Shown piece after piece: positions 1-10,193 of a stretch of 64,000 nucleotides of DNA. Each line of letters starts with the position of its first letter. Position 1 is the stretch's first letter. The notes under the pieces were generated by a model that was not told the DNA's origin, ran no database searches, and worked only from the letters and a program-made list of their open reading frames with translations. Both the position numbers and the translations under genes were made by a program. The stretch comes from Paramoeba atlantica (Eukaryota; Protista; Discosea): positions 62,001 to 126,000 of the forward strand of contig CDRNVI010000039.1 in assembly GCA_977017575.1 (NCBI GenBank). Reading direction: 5' to 3'.

Positions 1-1
1 C

Positions 2-715
2 CTCGGCAAGATCCGCGGCGCCGCCCTCCCCCCCGAGTTCGACCTCGCCCACTTCACCCACGCCCTCACCAACCCCCACCCCAGCTGGACCACCCACACC
101 CCCGCCTGCGACTGGGCCGGGGTCAAGTGCACCGAGGCCCGCGTCCTCTACTGGATCTGCTGGGAGCGCCGCGCCCTCCGCGGCCCCCTCCGCTGGTCCC
201 ACCTCCCCGCCCCCACCCAGCGTCTCGACCTCGATGTCAACCGCCTGCACGGCCCCCTCGACACCGCAGCCCTCCCCGCCCCCCTCCAGGCCTTCAGCAC
301 CCACGAGAACCAACTCACCGGGGCGCTCGCCCTCGAGGCCCTCCCCCCCGCGGTCACGGAGGTCTACCTCTCGGTGAACGGCTTCACCCACGGGGTCGAC
401 CTCACGCGACTGCCGGGGGGGCTCCAGCGGCTCTACCTCTGGGGGAACCGACTCACCGGGACCCCGGCGCTCGGGGCGCTCCCGTGGGGGCTGCAGGAGC
501 TGCTGCTGAACGACAACGCGTTCAGCGGGTGGGTGGGGGCGCTGGGGCGGGCGGGGGGGCTGCGGGAGGGGCTGTGGGGGCTGGACGTGAGTCGGAACCC
601 CGGGCTGCGGGGGGAGGTGGTGGTGGGGAGCTGGCCGCGGTCGCTGCGGAGGTGTGAGTGGGGGGGGACGGGGATGGTGGTGGGGCAGAAGGAGGAGGAG
701 GAGGGGGGAGGGTAG
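2..715 (+). CDS. Leucine-rich repeat protein, 5'-truncated by the window edge (LRR family member 1)
   Basis: Frame from nt 2 is open to the stop at 715: LGKIRGAALPPEFDL...PACDWAGVKC (CxWxGVxC cap), then repeats such as GALALEALPPAVTEVYLSVNGF. Confidence 0.9.
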   Translation, partial: LGKIRGAALPPEFDLAHFTHALTNPHPSWTTHTPACDWAGVKCTEARVLYWICWERRALRGPLRWSHLPAPTQRLDLDVNRLHGPLDTAALPAPLQAFSTHENQLTGALALEALPPAVTEVYLSVNGFTHGVDLTRLPGGLQRLYLWGNRLTGTPALGALPWGLQELLLNDNAFSGWVGALGRAGGLREGLWGLDVSRNPGLRGEVVVGSWPRSLRRCEWGGTGMVVGQKEEEEGGG

Positions 716-1012
716 GGGGGGGGTCGGATTGTAGTTAGTAAAAACCAAGGTGGAGAGGAGGGAGAGGGGTAGATGTGTGCGACACGGGGGGGGGGGTAGA
801 TGTAGTGTTTTGTGTAGGTAGTAATTATTTAGCTTTTTCTCATGCTTTAATAGAGGATGGTAAATCGAACACGTGTAGATACTCGAAAACGACGGTTCAC
901 ACGTTTCTAATATTTCTTTGTTTCTTTGTTTCTTTGTTAGGTTCTTTGTTTCTATAAAGTTAGCATTATACAAGACTGATTCAGAAAGAAATCATATCTT
1001 CTCCACTTCAAC

Positions 1013-1903
1013 ATGTCTCGGCTAGCGAGACTCGACGATGCCCAAGAGCCTCCGTTAAAAAGACGTCGGAGTTCCAGCCCTACGACCGATTCCTTTTCGT
1101 CGTTGCAACCGACTGGAGTGCAAGCCCGAAAATCCTATGGTGCTAAAGTACGTGGCACAGTGATGCCACAAGAATATGAGCTTGAAAAACTCTTGGAGAG
1201 GATCACTTCGAGGAGTGATTCATGGAACGTTTCAAATCACGCGTGTGATTGGTCAGGTATGACATGTAACGAAGAAAGGGAAGTTACCGTAATCGATTGG
1301 ACGTGCTGTGGGCTAGGAGGTCCTCTAAATTGGGCGCACCTTCCTTCAACTCTTAAAGAGATGTATGCATGCGGTGATGACATAGAAGGAGACCTTCCAC
1401 TCGAAGAACTTCCAAACCACCTGGAGGTTCTTTCGCTTTTCGATAATTATCTTCGCGGAGAGCTAGATTTCAGCCAGCTACCAAAGACAATGAAACAGCT
1501 GTTTTTAAATCGCAACGAATTTGAGGGTCATGTAGACTTGACGTGCTTGCCTACGACTTTGCTATACTTAGAGCTCCAACAGAACACTTTATGTGGAGAG
1601 GTACGATTGGATAAATTGCCAGAGGGGTTACAAGGTCTTAATCTCGGAGAAAACGAATTTTCTGGGACACTTGACCTCGAACACTTGCCAACCACATTAG
1701 AAGAGCTCCGTCTTGACCATAACGAATTTGAGGGAACCGTGGACTTGAGTGAACTGCCGGACACATTGTCGAAATTAGACCTTTCAGGAAATACTGATTT
1801 AACAGGATATGTTTATGGTCCCCGTCTGCCCCGACGTCTGGGTCGTAAATCTTTTTCTACACGTGGCACAAAAATTGAAATACAGGGTATGAGAAGATAT
1901 TAA
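1013..1903 (+). CDS. Leucine-rich repeat protein (member 2) with a basic, NLS-like N-terminal extension
   Basis: AKVRGTVMPQEYEL, ACDWSGMTC cap, about 7 repeats of GxLDLxxLPxxLxxLxLxxNxF; PPLKRRRSS near the N-terminus. Confidence 0.93.
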   Translation: MSRLARLDDAQEPPLKRRRSSSPTTDSFSSLQPTGVQARKSYGAKVRGTVMPQEYELEKLLERITSRSDSWNVSNHACDWSGMTCNEEREVTVIDWTCCGLGGPLNWAHLPSTLKEMYACGDDIEGDLPLEELPNHLEVLSLFDNYLRGELDFSQLPKTMKQLFLNRNEFEGHVDLTCLPTTLLYLELQQNTLCGEVRLDKLPEGLQGLNLGENEFSGTLDLEHLPTTLEELRLDHNEFEGTVDLSELPDTLSKLDLSGNTDLTGYVYGPRLPRRLGRKSFSTRGTKIEIQGMRRY

Positions 1904-2469
1904 TAGTTAAAGGTTACTGTAGTTCCGCATACAAGGTCGGCGTATACGACTCATGTGCAGCGAAATTTATATCTAAAGTGAAAAATGTAGAATACTTCGT
2001 GTGTGTATAGAGCGAAATTCATACGAATTGTATCTGCAGGTCCCTCCCTGCATCGAATAATCAACAAGGATCTGTCCTTGCTGCTGTTTGTGTACTACTT
2101 CTGTGTATTGAAATTTCTATGTCAAGGAAAGTAATCATTACGAAAATAAATGTTTATATCGGAGTGGCTGGGTACTGCTTCTTGGCAGTGATTTTGAAGT
2201 TTTGTTGAAATGTTGCACTAAAGGGGTATTGTAATTGTGTTTCGGACGTAAATCTAGATTGGGGTTATTTTGACACCGCAATCTATTTTCATATTGATAT
2301 GCAGAAGAGAAGATGACGTAATATAAGTAAACCACGATTCCTGATCACGGGTTTACGACATGTATATTAGGCCGTATCATGTTCATCACTGATAACACGG
2401 TCACTTGTAATAACACAACATTCACTTTGTTGAAATTAGAAGCTCTAAGAATACTCACTTCGCCTTGAG

Positions 2470-3135
2470 ATGATAAACTTTGTTTTCCTTATAGCCAAAG
2501 ACACTTCCTCTTTGGTTCGAGCTTCTAAAGTACGAGGAAGCGCGCTGCCAGGTGAGTTTTATTTATTGCGCTTTATTCGAGAAGTTGAAAATCCTCATCC
2601 CACATGGAATGCAAATACACCATCTGGAAAATGGGATGGTGTGAGCGAAAAAGATTGTGAGATTGAAAATATTCTTTGGGGGTGGCGTCAACTACGAGGA
2701 ACGCTTTGCTGGTCACATCTTCCGCAAAGTTTAGTTCAGCTATCTGTCTGGAACAATCGGTTAACTGGAACTGTAGAATTTCATCTTTTGCCTCCACACC
2801 TCGTTTATCTCAACTTATCGGAAAACGAGTTTAAGGGAATATTACACTTAGAAACATTGCCAAGAACGTTGCGAGATATTTGGTTAGGTGGAAATTTATT
2901 CACAGGGACTTTAAATTTTGCATTACTGCCTCCGGAAGCCCAAGAATTGCGACTGGAGAATAATGACTTTCAAGGAAACGTTGAGTCCATCCTCTCACCA
3001 TCTAAACTCCGTAGACTTATTTTAAATGGAAACGAAGGTCTTAAAGGAAAGATCAATCCACTTTCTTTGCCATGCTATGTGGAACTGCGCCATACGGGAA
3101 CTCAAATTGAGGTAGTCAATGCAAAGATTATATGA
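2470..3135 (+). CDS. Leucine-rich repeat protein (member 3)
   Basis: SKVRGSALPGEFYL N-terminal motif; repeats of LPxxLxxLxLxxNxFxG. Confidence 0.9.
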   Translation: MINFVFLIAKDTSSLVRASKVRGSALPGEFYLLRFIREVENPHPTWNANTPSGKWDGVSEKDCEIENILWGWRQLRGTLCWSHLPQSLVQLSVWNNRLTGTVEFHLLPPHLVYLNLSENEFKGILHLETLPRTLRDIWLGGNLFTGTLNFALLPPEAQELRLENNDFQGNVESILSPSKLRRLILNGNEGLKGKINPLSLPCYVELRHTGTQIEVVNAKII

Positions 3136-3349
3136 CGCTACTAGCATTGTTTCAATTTTAGCAAGCATACTTTATGTGCATAAACGTAAGTGGAATTATG
3201 AAATCTGTAACCCTGTAAAGGCAAAGCCCCGCGCTACTTGTATCGGTATCTTCTCGTATGGGAACGAGACAGGCAAATGTTTTCGTGTTTCGTGTGGTTT
3301 CTTCTTAAAAAAATTCTTTTCCATACCCAAGGGTCTCAGAGAAGGGAAT

Positions 3350-3970
3350 TACGAATGCCGAATAGACCAAAAGAGAGAATTACCACTTAAAGAAATGATA
3401 TAAAATCTCAGATATTTTCAAGAAATATTATTTCAAAACCCGTGTAGCATCCACAACATGCACCTTTTCTACGATGATTCTGCAACGTTTTCTAAAGTTT
3501 TTTAATGTATTTTCATACTTTTTTGTTTCTTATCTTTTTGTTTTGCCTGAAGTGTATCGTAAAAAAACATGAATCGTTCCACCTAGGGTTTCACAGTTCC
3601 CTCGTGGACCCAAACACTTTGGTAAGTCCGGAAATAAGACTCTCTTTTCTCTAAGTCTACCACAAGAAGCGTCCTTTGGTGCTCTTTAATCTTCTCTGGC
3701 AAAGCATAGGAACGGGCGTCCTTGAACACGGGAGTCCTTGATCAAACTCGCTTTTGGGGCATAAAATCGGGGAAAAATGAAAAATTGCCGTATTTTCATA
3801 TGAAAAAAATCTATGCTTTTTTCTCATCGGACTAAATCTTTCAAGTCGAACGTTCCGATTACGCCAAAGACATACAAATCTGCGAGAGCTCTCCAATGCG
3901 CTAGTATTTTCCAAAATTGAACAACTTTTGCAAACTTTTGACCTCCCCCAGATGGAAGTTTTCACCCCTG
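3350..3970. mobile_element. Truncated copy of the TA-flanked MITE seen complete at 19794-20545
   Basis: Colinear similarity to about 19930-20545; ends ...gttttcacccctg followed by TA; left TIR missing. Confidence 0.8.
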
Positions 3971-4124
3971 TAAGTTTCCATAATATTCCATAATAGAATG
4001 TTTGTGCCCTTATCGTGTTCGCACGATTACGTATGATAACGGTAAATTCCACTATAATCTATACTGGTTCTTATCGTCTTTTTGTATAAATATCTTAGCA
4101 CTTATTTAGTCATGTATTTTTCTA

Positions 4125-4415
4125 ATGAATGACTATATTGGACTAAGAGTTAGCGTGCTGACCAACACAGGTAAACACTACTGTGGTGTTTTGGAGGGTT
4201 GCGACCAGGCGACCAATATTCTTCTTTCTGACACTGTCGAAATGATACATACTTCGGGAAAGCCCTCCAAGGATGTTCCTGTTGGGTGTTTGTTGCTTCG
4301 TGGGGATAGCATTGCTGTGCTTGGAGGTGTGCAAAATGACAGCCCTCCAAGGAACGTGACAGAAACGACTCACAAGGCACATCAAAGCTTCCTTCCTTTT
4401 ACAAATGCATCTTGA
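4125..4415 (+). CDS. LSM8: Sm-like protein, LSm8-like
   Basis: Sm1 motif YIGLRVSVLTNTGKHYCGVLEGCDQATNILL and Sm2 motif GCLLLRGDSIAVLG. Confidence 0.8.
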   Translation: MNDYIGLRVSVLTNTGKHYCGVLEGCDQATNILLSDTVEMIHTSGKPSKDVPVGCLLLRGDSIAVLGGVQNDSPPRNVTETTHKAHQSFLPFTNAS

Positions 4416-4652
4416 TCACTACATGCGAAAGATTATGACAGGTTTTGGGCAACTAGAATAAGCCCGAACAACAATAGCAGAATAGTAATAATGGAAAACA
4501 GGTGAACAGTATAGTTTAACTATTCATGTACATGATTTTGCACGTAACGTAAATGTATAGAGAATCAAAAATAGAGAATAAAGGCTGGAGAGTTTATCCG
4601 AACTCTAAAACAAAGTAGTTTTTAAACTGAACAAATTTTACATTGCGAAAAG

Positions 4653-4958
4653 ATGAGAAGAGCTCCCATTTCTGAATTGGAATTTCTGCAGCAATTCCAC
4701 TATATGCTCAAAGAATCTAGAAGGACCCGCAAGCATACAGTTTGGCTGACTATTAAGCGAATTTTTGAAAAGGGAAAGAAGAAAAACGTTGGAAATAGAG
4801 ACGAGTACATCGGTTCTTGTCTTTTGCGAGCGAAATTCGAACGGAAGTCATTGACTGTAGTCCTCAATATTAACAGGATATTTTTGTTTCATCACGCATT
4901 GCAAAAATTGGTAGCCAATCACCTAAAAATAGTGGAGGATGCTAGAAGTATTGAATAA
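4653..4958 (+). CDS. SRP14: Signal recognition particle 14 kDa protein-like
   Basis: FLQQFHYML...TVWLTIKR...CLLRAKFERKSLTVVL...FHHAL follows the SRP14 pattern FLxxLxxL / SVxxTxKR / CLLRA...KKxSTVV; 101 aa. Confidence 0.7.
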   Translation: MRRAPISELEFLQQFHYMLKESRRTRKHTVWLTIKRIFEKGKKKNVGNRDEYIGSCLLRAKFERKSLTVVLNINRIFLFHHALQKLVANHLKIVEDARSIE

Positions 4959-5265
4959 AAACACAGCATAGTAACGCAATTAATAGCAACGAATTAATCT
5001 AATAGATTAATTCCGTCGTTACTAATATCGTCGTTACTAATAGTAACGAATTAATCGTACAGGGCTTTTGGTAAACTGGATTGGTTTCGCTTGACACAAA
5101 AAAAATAATCATTTTCCTGCCACGTATTCTCGCAACATAGCCCAAAAGAATGTATTGAAAGCGTATTCTCAATGTTTTCAATATTGCTCAATATTACAGA
5201 TAGAAAAATCTATTAGCAAATGAAATCAAGTTTCTTTTCTACCAACCTATCGCACGTAAATCCTC

Positions 5266-7398
5266 ATGTCGTCCTCCGCTGCAGAGCTCCGTGCCTTCAA
5301 AGAGTCCGTAGAGAAGGCCAAATCTCACGCAGCTGAGGAAATCCCCTCCTGGGCTCTCCCAAACGAGTCCCCTGAAGATGCCATCCCTTCACCCCTTCTT
5401 CCCTCCCCTCCCGGTGTGGACAAGCCCATGACGGCCACCCCCCACGAGGAGTTCGGCACAACCTGGGACCCCCATCTACCCATCCCCCCCACTACCCCCC
5501 ACCACCCCGAGCCCTCGTTGGGTTTCTTACCCGCCCTGCACGACACCCACCCCCCTGTGTTCGCTCTCCGCGTACGTCGCGGTGCCGCGGAACGGTTAGT
5601 GAAACAAATACTCCTTCGTGCGATCCAGGCCGTGCTGCGGGGCTCTGCCACCGCCGGTGAGAGTCTTCTTCTCACCGACCCCAGCGCGCTTACCCAGGAG
5701 GTCGGGCTGTACTCCGTATTTACCCCCACCCCTAATGCCCAATACGTCTACGTGGAATGCGGCAGTAAACGACAACTGCTGGCGCTGCTCTCCGGTCTGC
5801 GTGAGGTCTACCCCCACCGCCTCACCACCGTGGCCACACAGGAACGGCGACCCCTCCTGGTGTCCTGTCTCCGTCGCCGGGTACTCTACCCCGGGGACTA
5901 TGCCCGGATTACACGAGGAACCTACAAAGGGGATTTATGCCAAGTCCTCGCCACCGGCGAGACGGCCGTGAAAGTACGGGTCATCCCCCGCATGGACTAC
6001 TCCGCCGTCACGGAGCCCGTAGGCTCCCACGACGCCCCCCAACGTGGTTCCAACCGTGTTTCAAAAAAACCGAACCCCCCAAGTTCAACCCCAGCCCCAG
6101 GAAGCCATCCTCGGGAATTATCCAAACTGAAAACCAAGCCCCCTCTCCCCCCCCACCCCTTCCGTCGTCCCCAGCGCTTCTTCTCCCCCGCGCTCGTGCC
6201 CCCCGGGGGCTCCGGGGGCACGGCAGTGGAGCGCCTCCCCGAGGGCACCTGGGGCTGGGGCCCGCATGAGTTCGACCCCAGCGGGTATCTCCTGCTCCCC
6301 CTTCGCCCCTCCGCCCTCTCCCACGGCCCCTCCATGCCCCCCCCGGGCCCCGAGGAGCTCTCCCGGTTTCTTCGGGAAGCCTCCAGCGTGAGAGCGGGAG
6401 GGGGGAGTCCTGGGGGGGGTGTACCCGACGGATGGGGGGAGCAGCACGCGGGGGGGAGGGGGGGGGACGCAGGGACGCTGCAGCCCACGGCCCCGCTGCC
6501 CTCTTACCACCCCGGGGAGCAGGTCGTGGTGATCCAGGGGCGTTCGGCTGGAGTCACGGGGACGCTTGTGGATGTGAACCACAGAACGACCGAGGCAGTG
6601 GTGCGGGTCTCGGGGAAGGTGGATCCCCAGGGGGGGTATGGGGGCGCGGGAGGGGGTCAAGGAGGTTGGGGCTCGGGAGGGGTCGCGGGATCGGCTCCCG
6701 TAGTCCCCGGGTCCCTGCTCCATGTCGAGACCGCCCACCTTCGTCACCACTTCCCGGTGAACACGGTGGTGGTGGTCACGGCGGGTCCCCACGAGGGGGT
6801 GTGGGGGAGTGTGGAGTGGGAGACCCCCACCGGGGGGGCGGTGGTGCGTAGTGAGGACCACCCCGAGCAGCTCGTGGAGGTGCTGCTGGGGGAGCTGGAG
6901 AGTGCCAACCGGTATGTCCCGGTGGGAGGGGCGGGGGAGAAGGGGAGGATGGGGAAAGGGGTGGAACAGGGGGAGTTGGTGTATGTACGCGTGCGTGGGG
7001 ATGGGGGGATGGCGGAAGGGGTGGTTTTTGTGGTACAACGTACCGCAAGACATGTGTTAGGGTTAAGGTGTGATAATACGCTTGTGCGAGTGACTCCGCG
7101 TGAGGTGTTGGGGCGAGTGACCCATGCCCCGCAGAGTTTTCGGGACCGCAGGAACCAGGTGGTGAAGAGGGGGGAGGATGTGAAGCTGGAGGTGAGGAGT
7201 GGGGTGCAGGAGGGGGAGTTGGTGGCGACGGTGCGGCAGATTTATTTGGATACTGTGTTTTTGCAAAGTCCGGAGAAAAAGTCGAATTCTGGGTATTTTG
7301 CGGATAGTCGGCTTCAGGTCGCTGGGGTGGGACATAAAAGAGAGCGAACGGATCGATCCGGAAAAGGTGACCTCAAGAAGTTAGCACGACGAGAATAA
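5266..7398 (+). CDS. SPT5: Transcription elongation factor Spt5 (NGN plus KOW domains)
   Basis: NGN-like VFALRVRRG...YSVFTP...YVYVEC; KOW1 PGDYARITRGTYKGDLCQV...VKVRVIPRMDY; further KOW-like units ending DRRNQVVKRGEDVK...FLQSPEKKSNSGYF. Confidence 0.88.
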   Translation: MSSSAAELRAFKESVEKAKSHAAEEIPSWALPNESPEDAIPSPLLPSPPGVDKPMTATPHEEFGTTWDPHLPIPPTTPHHPEPSLGFLPALHDTHPPVFALRVRRGAAERLVKQILLRAIQAVLRGSATAGESLLLTDPSALTQEVGLYSVFTPTPNAQYVYVECGSKRQLLALLSGLREVYPHRLTTVATQERRPLLVSCLRRRVLYPGDYARITRGTYKGDLCQVLATGETAVKVRVIPRMDYSAVTEPVGSHDAPQRGSNRVSKKPNPPSSTPAPGSHPRELSKLKTKPPLPPHPFRRPQRFFSPALVPPGGSGGTAVERLPEGTWGWGPHEFDPSGYLLLPLRPSALSHGPSMPPPGPEELSRFLREASSVRAGGGSPGGGVPDGWGEQHAGGRGGDAGTLQPTAPLPSYHPGEQVVVIQGRSAGVTGTLVDVNHRTTEAVVRVSGKVDPQGGYGGAGGGQGGWGSGGVAGSAPVVPGSLLHVETAHLRHHFPVNTVVVVTAGPHEGVWGSVEWETPTGGAVVRSEDHPEQLVEVLLGELESANRYVPVGGAGEKGRMGKGVEQGELVYVRVRGDGGMAEGVVFVVQRTARHVLGLRCDNTLVRVTPREVLGRVTHAPQSFRDRRNQVVKRGEDVKLEVRSGVQEGELVATVRQIYLDTVFLQSPEKKSNSGYFADSRLQVAGVGHKRERTDRSGKGDLKKLARRE

Positions 7399-7544
7399 TT
7401 TTAGTGTGTTTGTCGGTAATCATGACCTTAGACCCTTTTTGGTTTTCCTTGTACGGCTACGTGAATCAGAATGTAGAAACGTTTTCTAAGTTTGTTGTTT
7501 AATCCATTTCGGTCATATATTTTTTTACGTTTTTGTTTTCACTC

Positions 7545-7925
7545 ATGGAGGCCTTTGAGCAGGTCGGCAAGGGTTATACGAATCAGTACTATCAAACCTT
7601 TCAAAGCAACCGCGGGGCACTCGCGGGTTGTTATCGAGAAAGCAGTCTGATGACATACAATGGTGAGAGGATCTCCGGTGGGGCAAACATTACACAGAAA
7701 CTTTCATCTCTCCCTCTCGGTAACTGTCAGTTTCAGATTCAAGTACAGGACTGTCACCCTTCACCAGGAGGTGGAGTGCTCGTGTTCGTTGATGGGGAGC
7801 TTAAAGCAGAGGGTGAGGAACACAGTCTGCGATTTGCCGAGGTATTTCATCTCTCGACCGAGGCCAATCACAATTGGTACATCAGTAACCAAATCTTTCG
7901 TATTATCGGAGGAGGCTCTCAGTAG
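7545..7925 (+). CDS. NTF2: Nuclear transport factor 2
   Basis: FEQVGKGYTNQYYQTF...YRESSLMTYNGE...DCHPSPGGGVLVFVDGELK...FAEVFHL...WYISNQIFR; first ATG at 7545. Confidence 0.93.
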   Translation: MEAFEQVGKGYTNQYYQTFQSNRGALAGCYRESSLMTYNGERISGGANITQKLSSLPLGNCQFQIQVQDCHPSPGGGVLVFVDGELKAEGEEHSLRFAEVFHLSTEANHNWYISNQIFRIIGGGSQ

Positions 7926-8384
7926 GCGGCTACGTGGACATTTTTATGGGGTTCTTTCCACGTTTTCGACGAAATGTACAGCGATGTACGGAATGTATAC
8001 TTCATCGGATTACGTGGGCGTGGCTGTATTGCGGTAGTATTTTTAGTTGAGCAATGGTTTTTATTAGTTTTCATTAGCAATATTTACACACCTCAAAAAA
8101 TACATCATTCAGAAATATTAAATTTCTTGTTGGTTTATTATGCAATGCTTTCTATGATGCATTAGGATTTTTCTATTCTAGGAAGTATAGGGAAGATCTA
8201 ACTTACGCCATTAGTATCGAAGACCAGTAAGAAAGAAAAGAAGCTATCTCTCCATACTTGAAGCGTACTCTCTACTGCGCATTGTGCAAACATATTTTTT
8301 TATCTTATACACATTTCTTGTGCGATTAATCTCTCTTTTTAACTGAATCGTTAAACGCCTCCGGGGATTGTCCTGCACATCAAA

Positions 8385-9728
8385 ATGATGGGTTTGCTTC
8401 TACTTTCACTTCTTTGCTTCTTTTATCCGGAGTGCACCCCAGGAGTAAGCTGTGACTTTGTATCATCCGAAACCTCCGCGTTAGGCAAGGACCTCTCTTC
8501 CGAATCACCGAAACGAAGAAAGCAGAAGGCTTCTCCTCCCGTCAAACGTTCACTCTTCAATCGTATTGCAACACCAATGCAGGAGTACTGGAAGGACAAT
8601 GAAGGAAATAAAAACGAAGTAACTGAACGTACTCCAAACAGTGCCTCAAAGGAAAATGACACTGATCCCTTGATGACACCTTACTGGGAACAACCTGAGA
8701 AGCCGTCGCCCACAACCGTGCAATTTTCCATGAATGCCTCCATCGATACTTCAGACGTTTTTCCTCACGGGCAAATCAACGCCTCAGTCTCAATTAACGA
8801 GCAGAAGCCGGAGGAAATCGAGTTCAGTTTCTTACGTCGAGTAGGTCACGCGATTTCTGGCTTCTTCACATCATCGGAAGAGACAGAAGAGAACATTCCC
8901 GCTACCTCAGACTCAAAAATTGAGGAATCGCTCGCTCCGAATGATGAACTCAGTCAAGTCCATTTGGGACACAGTGAATGCGGCTGTGGGTGTGGGTCTG
9001 ATGAAAAGAATGAAGCCAAGCCAAAGAAAGGGAAAATTCGCTCGTTCTTTTCCAACGTGTATACAAAGGTTGCCAACTTCTTTCGTTCCGAGAAAACGGA
9101 AGACTCGGAGGACGACGGGAAGAACTCACAGAAATCATGTGATGCGACCGCATGTAAAAGAAAGGGAAGATGCCCCTTTGGGTTTGACAAAGGCGTCTCT
9201 GCTGAAGCGAAACCACATGAGGAGCAAAATAAGAAACCGAACGAACAAGAAACTTCCCAAGAGCCATCGCTTACTGATGTCGCTGACGCCGCAGAGGAGA
9301 TTGTAAAAAAAGGTAAGGACAATCTCCCAAAGATGGATCCCATCGCTAATTTCACAGACAAGCTTCCCGAACTTCCGTTGGCAAATACACAAGCAGCCCA
9401 GTTGGACAAAAACACAAGTTTCGAATTCTCAAAAAAAGCGAATGCAGACGTAGCAAAACAAGATTCGACACTGAGCTCGTCCTTAAGAGAAGACGAAAAT
9501 TTGCTACCTAAGCAAAAGCGCCGAACCCCAGCCTGGGTTGGTATCGCAGCTACCGTAGGAGTGCTTGCGTGCCTTGTGCTCTTCGTCTGCGTTGGATTTG
9601 CGATTCGGATGCGAACGACAAGTCGTGCGAAGCCAGAATTTTCAATCTTCCCTTCATCTCTACATGTCCCGCTACGTCGGGATAGCTCGCTTCAGCTTGG
9701 AAGTTTGAGGGAGGAGTCGATGGTTTAA
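8385..9728 (+). CDS. Uncharacterised type-I membrane protein (signal peptide, low-complexity ectodomain, C-terminal TM helix)
   Basis: 447-aa ORF on the cluster strand; hydrophobic N-terminus MMGLLLLSLLCFF; TM-like WVGIAATVGVLACLVLFVCVGFAI followed by basic residues. Confidence 0.8.
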   Translation: MMGLLLLSLLCFFYPECTPGVSCDFVSSETSALGKDLSSESPKRRKQKASPPVKRSLFNRIATPMQEYWKDNEGNKNEVTERTPNSASKENDTDPLMTPYWEQPEKPSPTTVQFSMNASIDTSDVFPHGQINASVSINEQKPEEIEFSFLRRVGHAISGFFTSSEETEENIPATSDSKIEESLAPNDELSQVHLGHSECGCGCGSDEKNEAKPKKGKIRSFFSNVYTKVANFFRSEKTEDSEDDGKNSQKSCDATACKRKGRCPFGFDKGVSAEAKPHEEQNKKPNEQETSQEPSLTDVADAAEEIVKKGKDNLPKMDPIANFTDKLPELPLANTQAAQLDKNTSFEFSKKANADVAKQDSTLSSSLREDENLLPKQKRRTPAWVGIAATVGVLACLVLFVCVGFAIRMRTTSRAKPEFSIFPSSLHVPLRRDSSLQLGSLREESMV

Positions 9729-10193
9729 AAATGCGTCTGCTTTTCTGATTGCTTTCTTCGTATTCCGGGTTTAAATTTTAGAATGTGATGTTTTTTAGAG
9801 CACACTTTATTTCATATTTGCTATTTCAGTTGGTATGAAGAAAGACTTTGAATTAAGAAACACATTTTAATAAGACCTACTTTTATGTTTATGAGATTTT
9901 CGGCTTAATTCATTGAGTTTATCTTATGTTAAAATTGATCAATACGTACATAGTTCGATGCTACTAAAGTCCATTTTGTATTTTTGTTCTGCCAATCCTA
10001 ACAAATACAGTATCTCGCACCCTTCTATTAGATTGCACGAAAACATTTACGTAACACCATTTCACTTCTTCTTATCACCAAAGAAAACAAATATGGTATC
10101 TCACGTACACCAAACCGGTGACCACAAAACCAAAACTCCTTTGCAATTATCCCTACCACCCTTTTTCTTCCATTTCTCACCTCTCCCTCCCCC

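Noticed and set aside
127-7335. Overlapping alternate-frame and antisense ORFs in the GC-rich genes (for example 127-657, 5325-5729, 6118-7053)
   Set aside because: By-products of stop-poor, skewed composition; the LRR and Spt5 frames carry all recognisable motifs.
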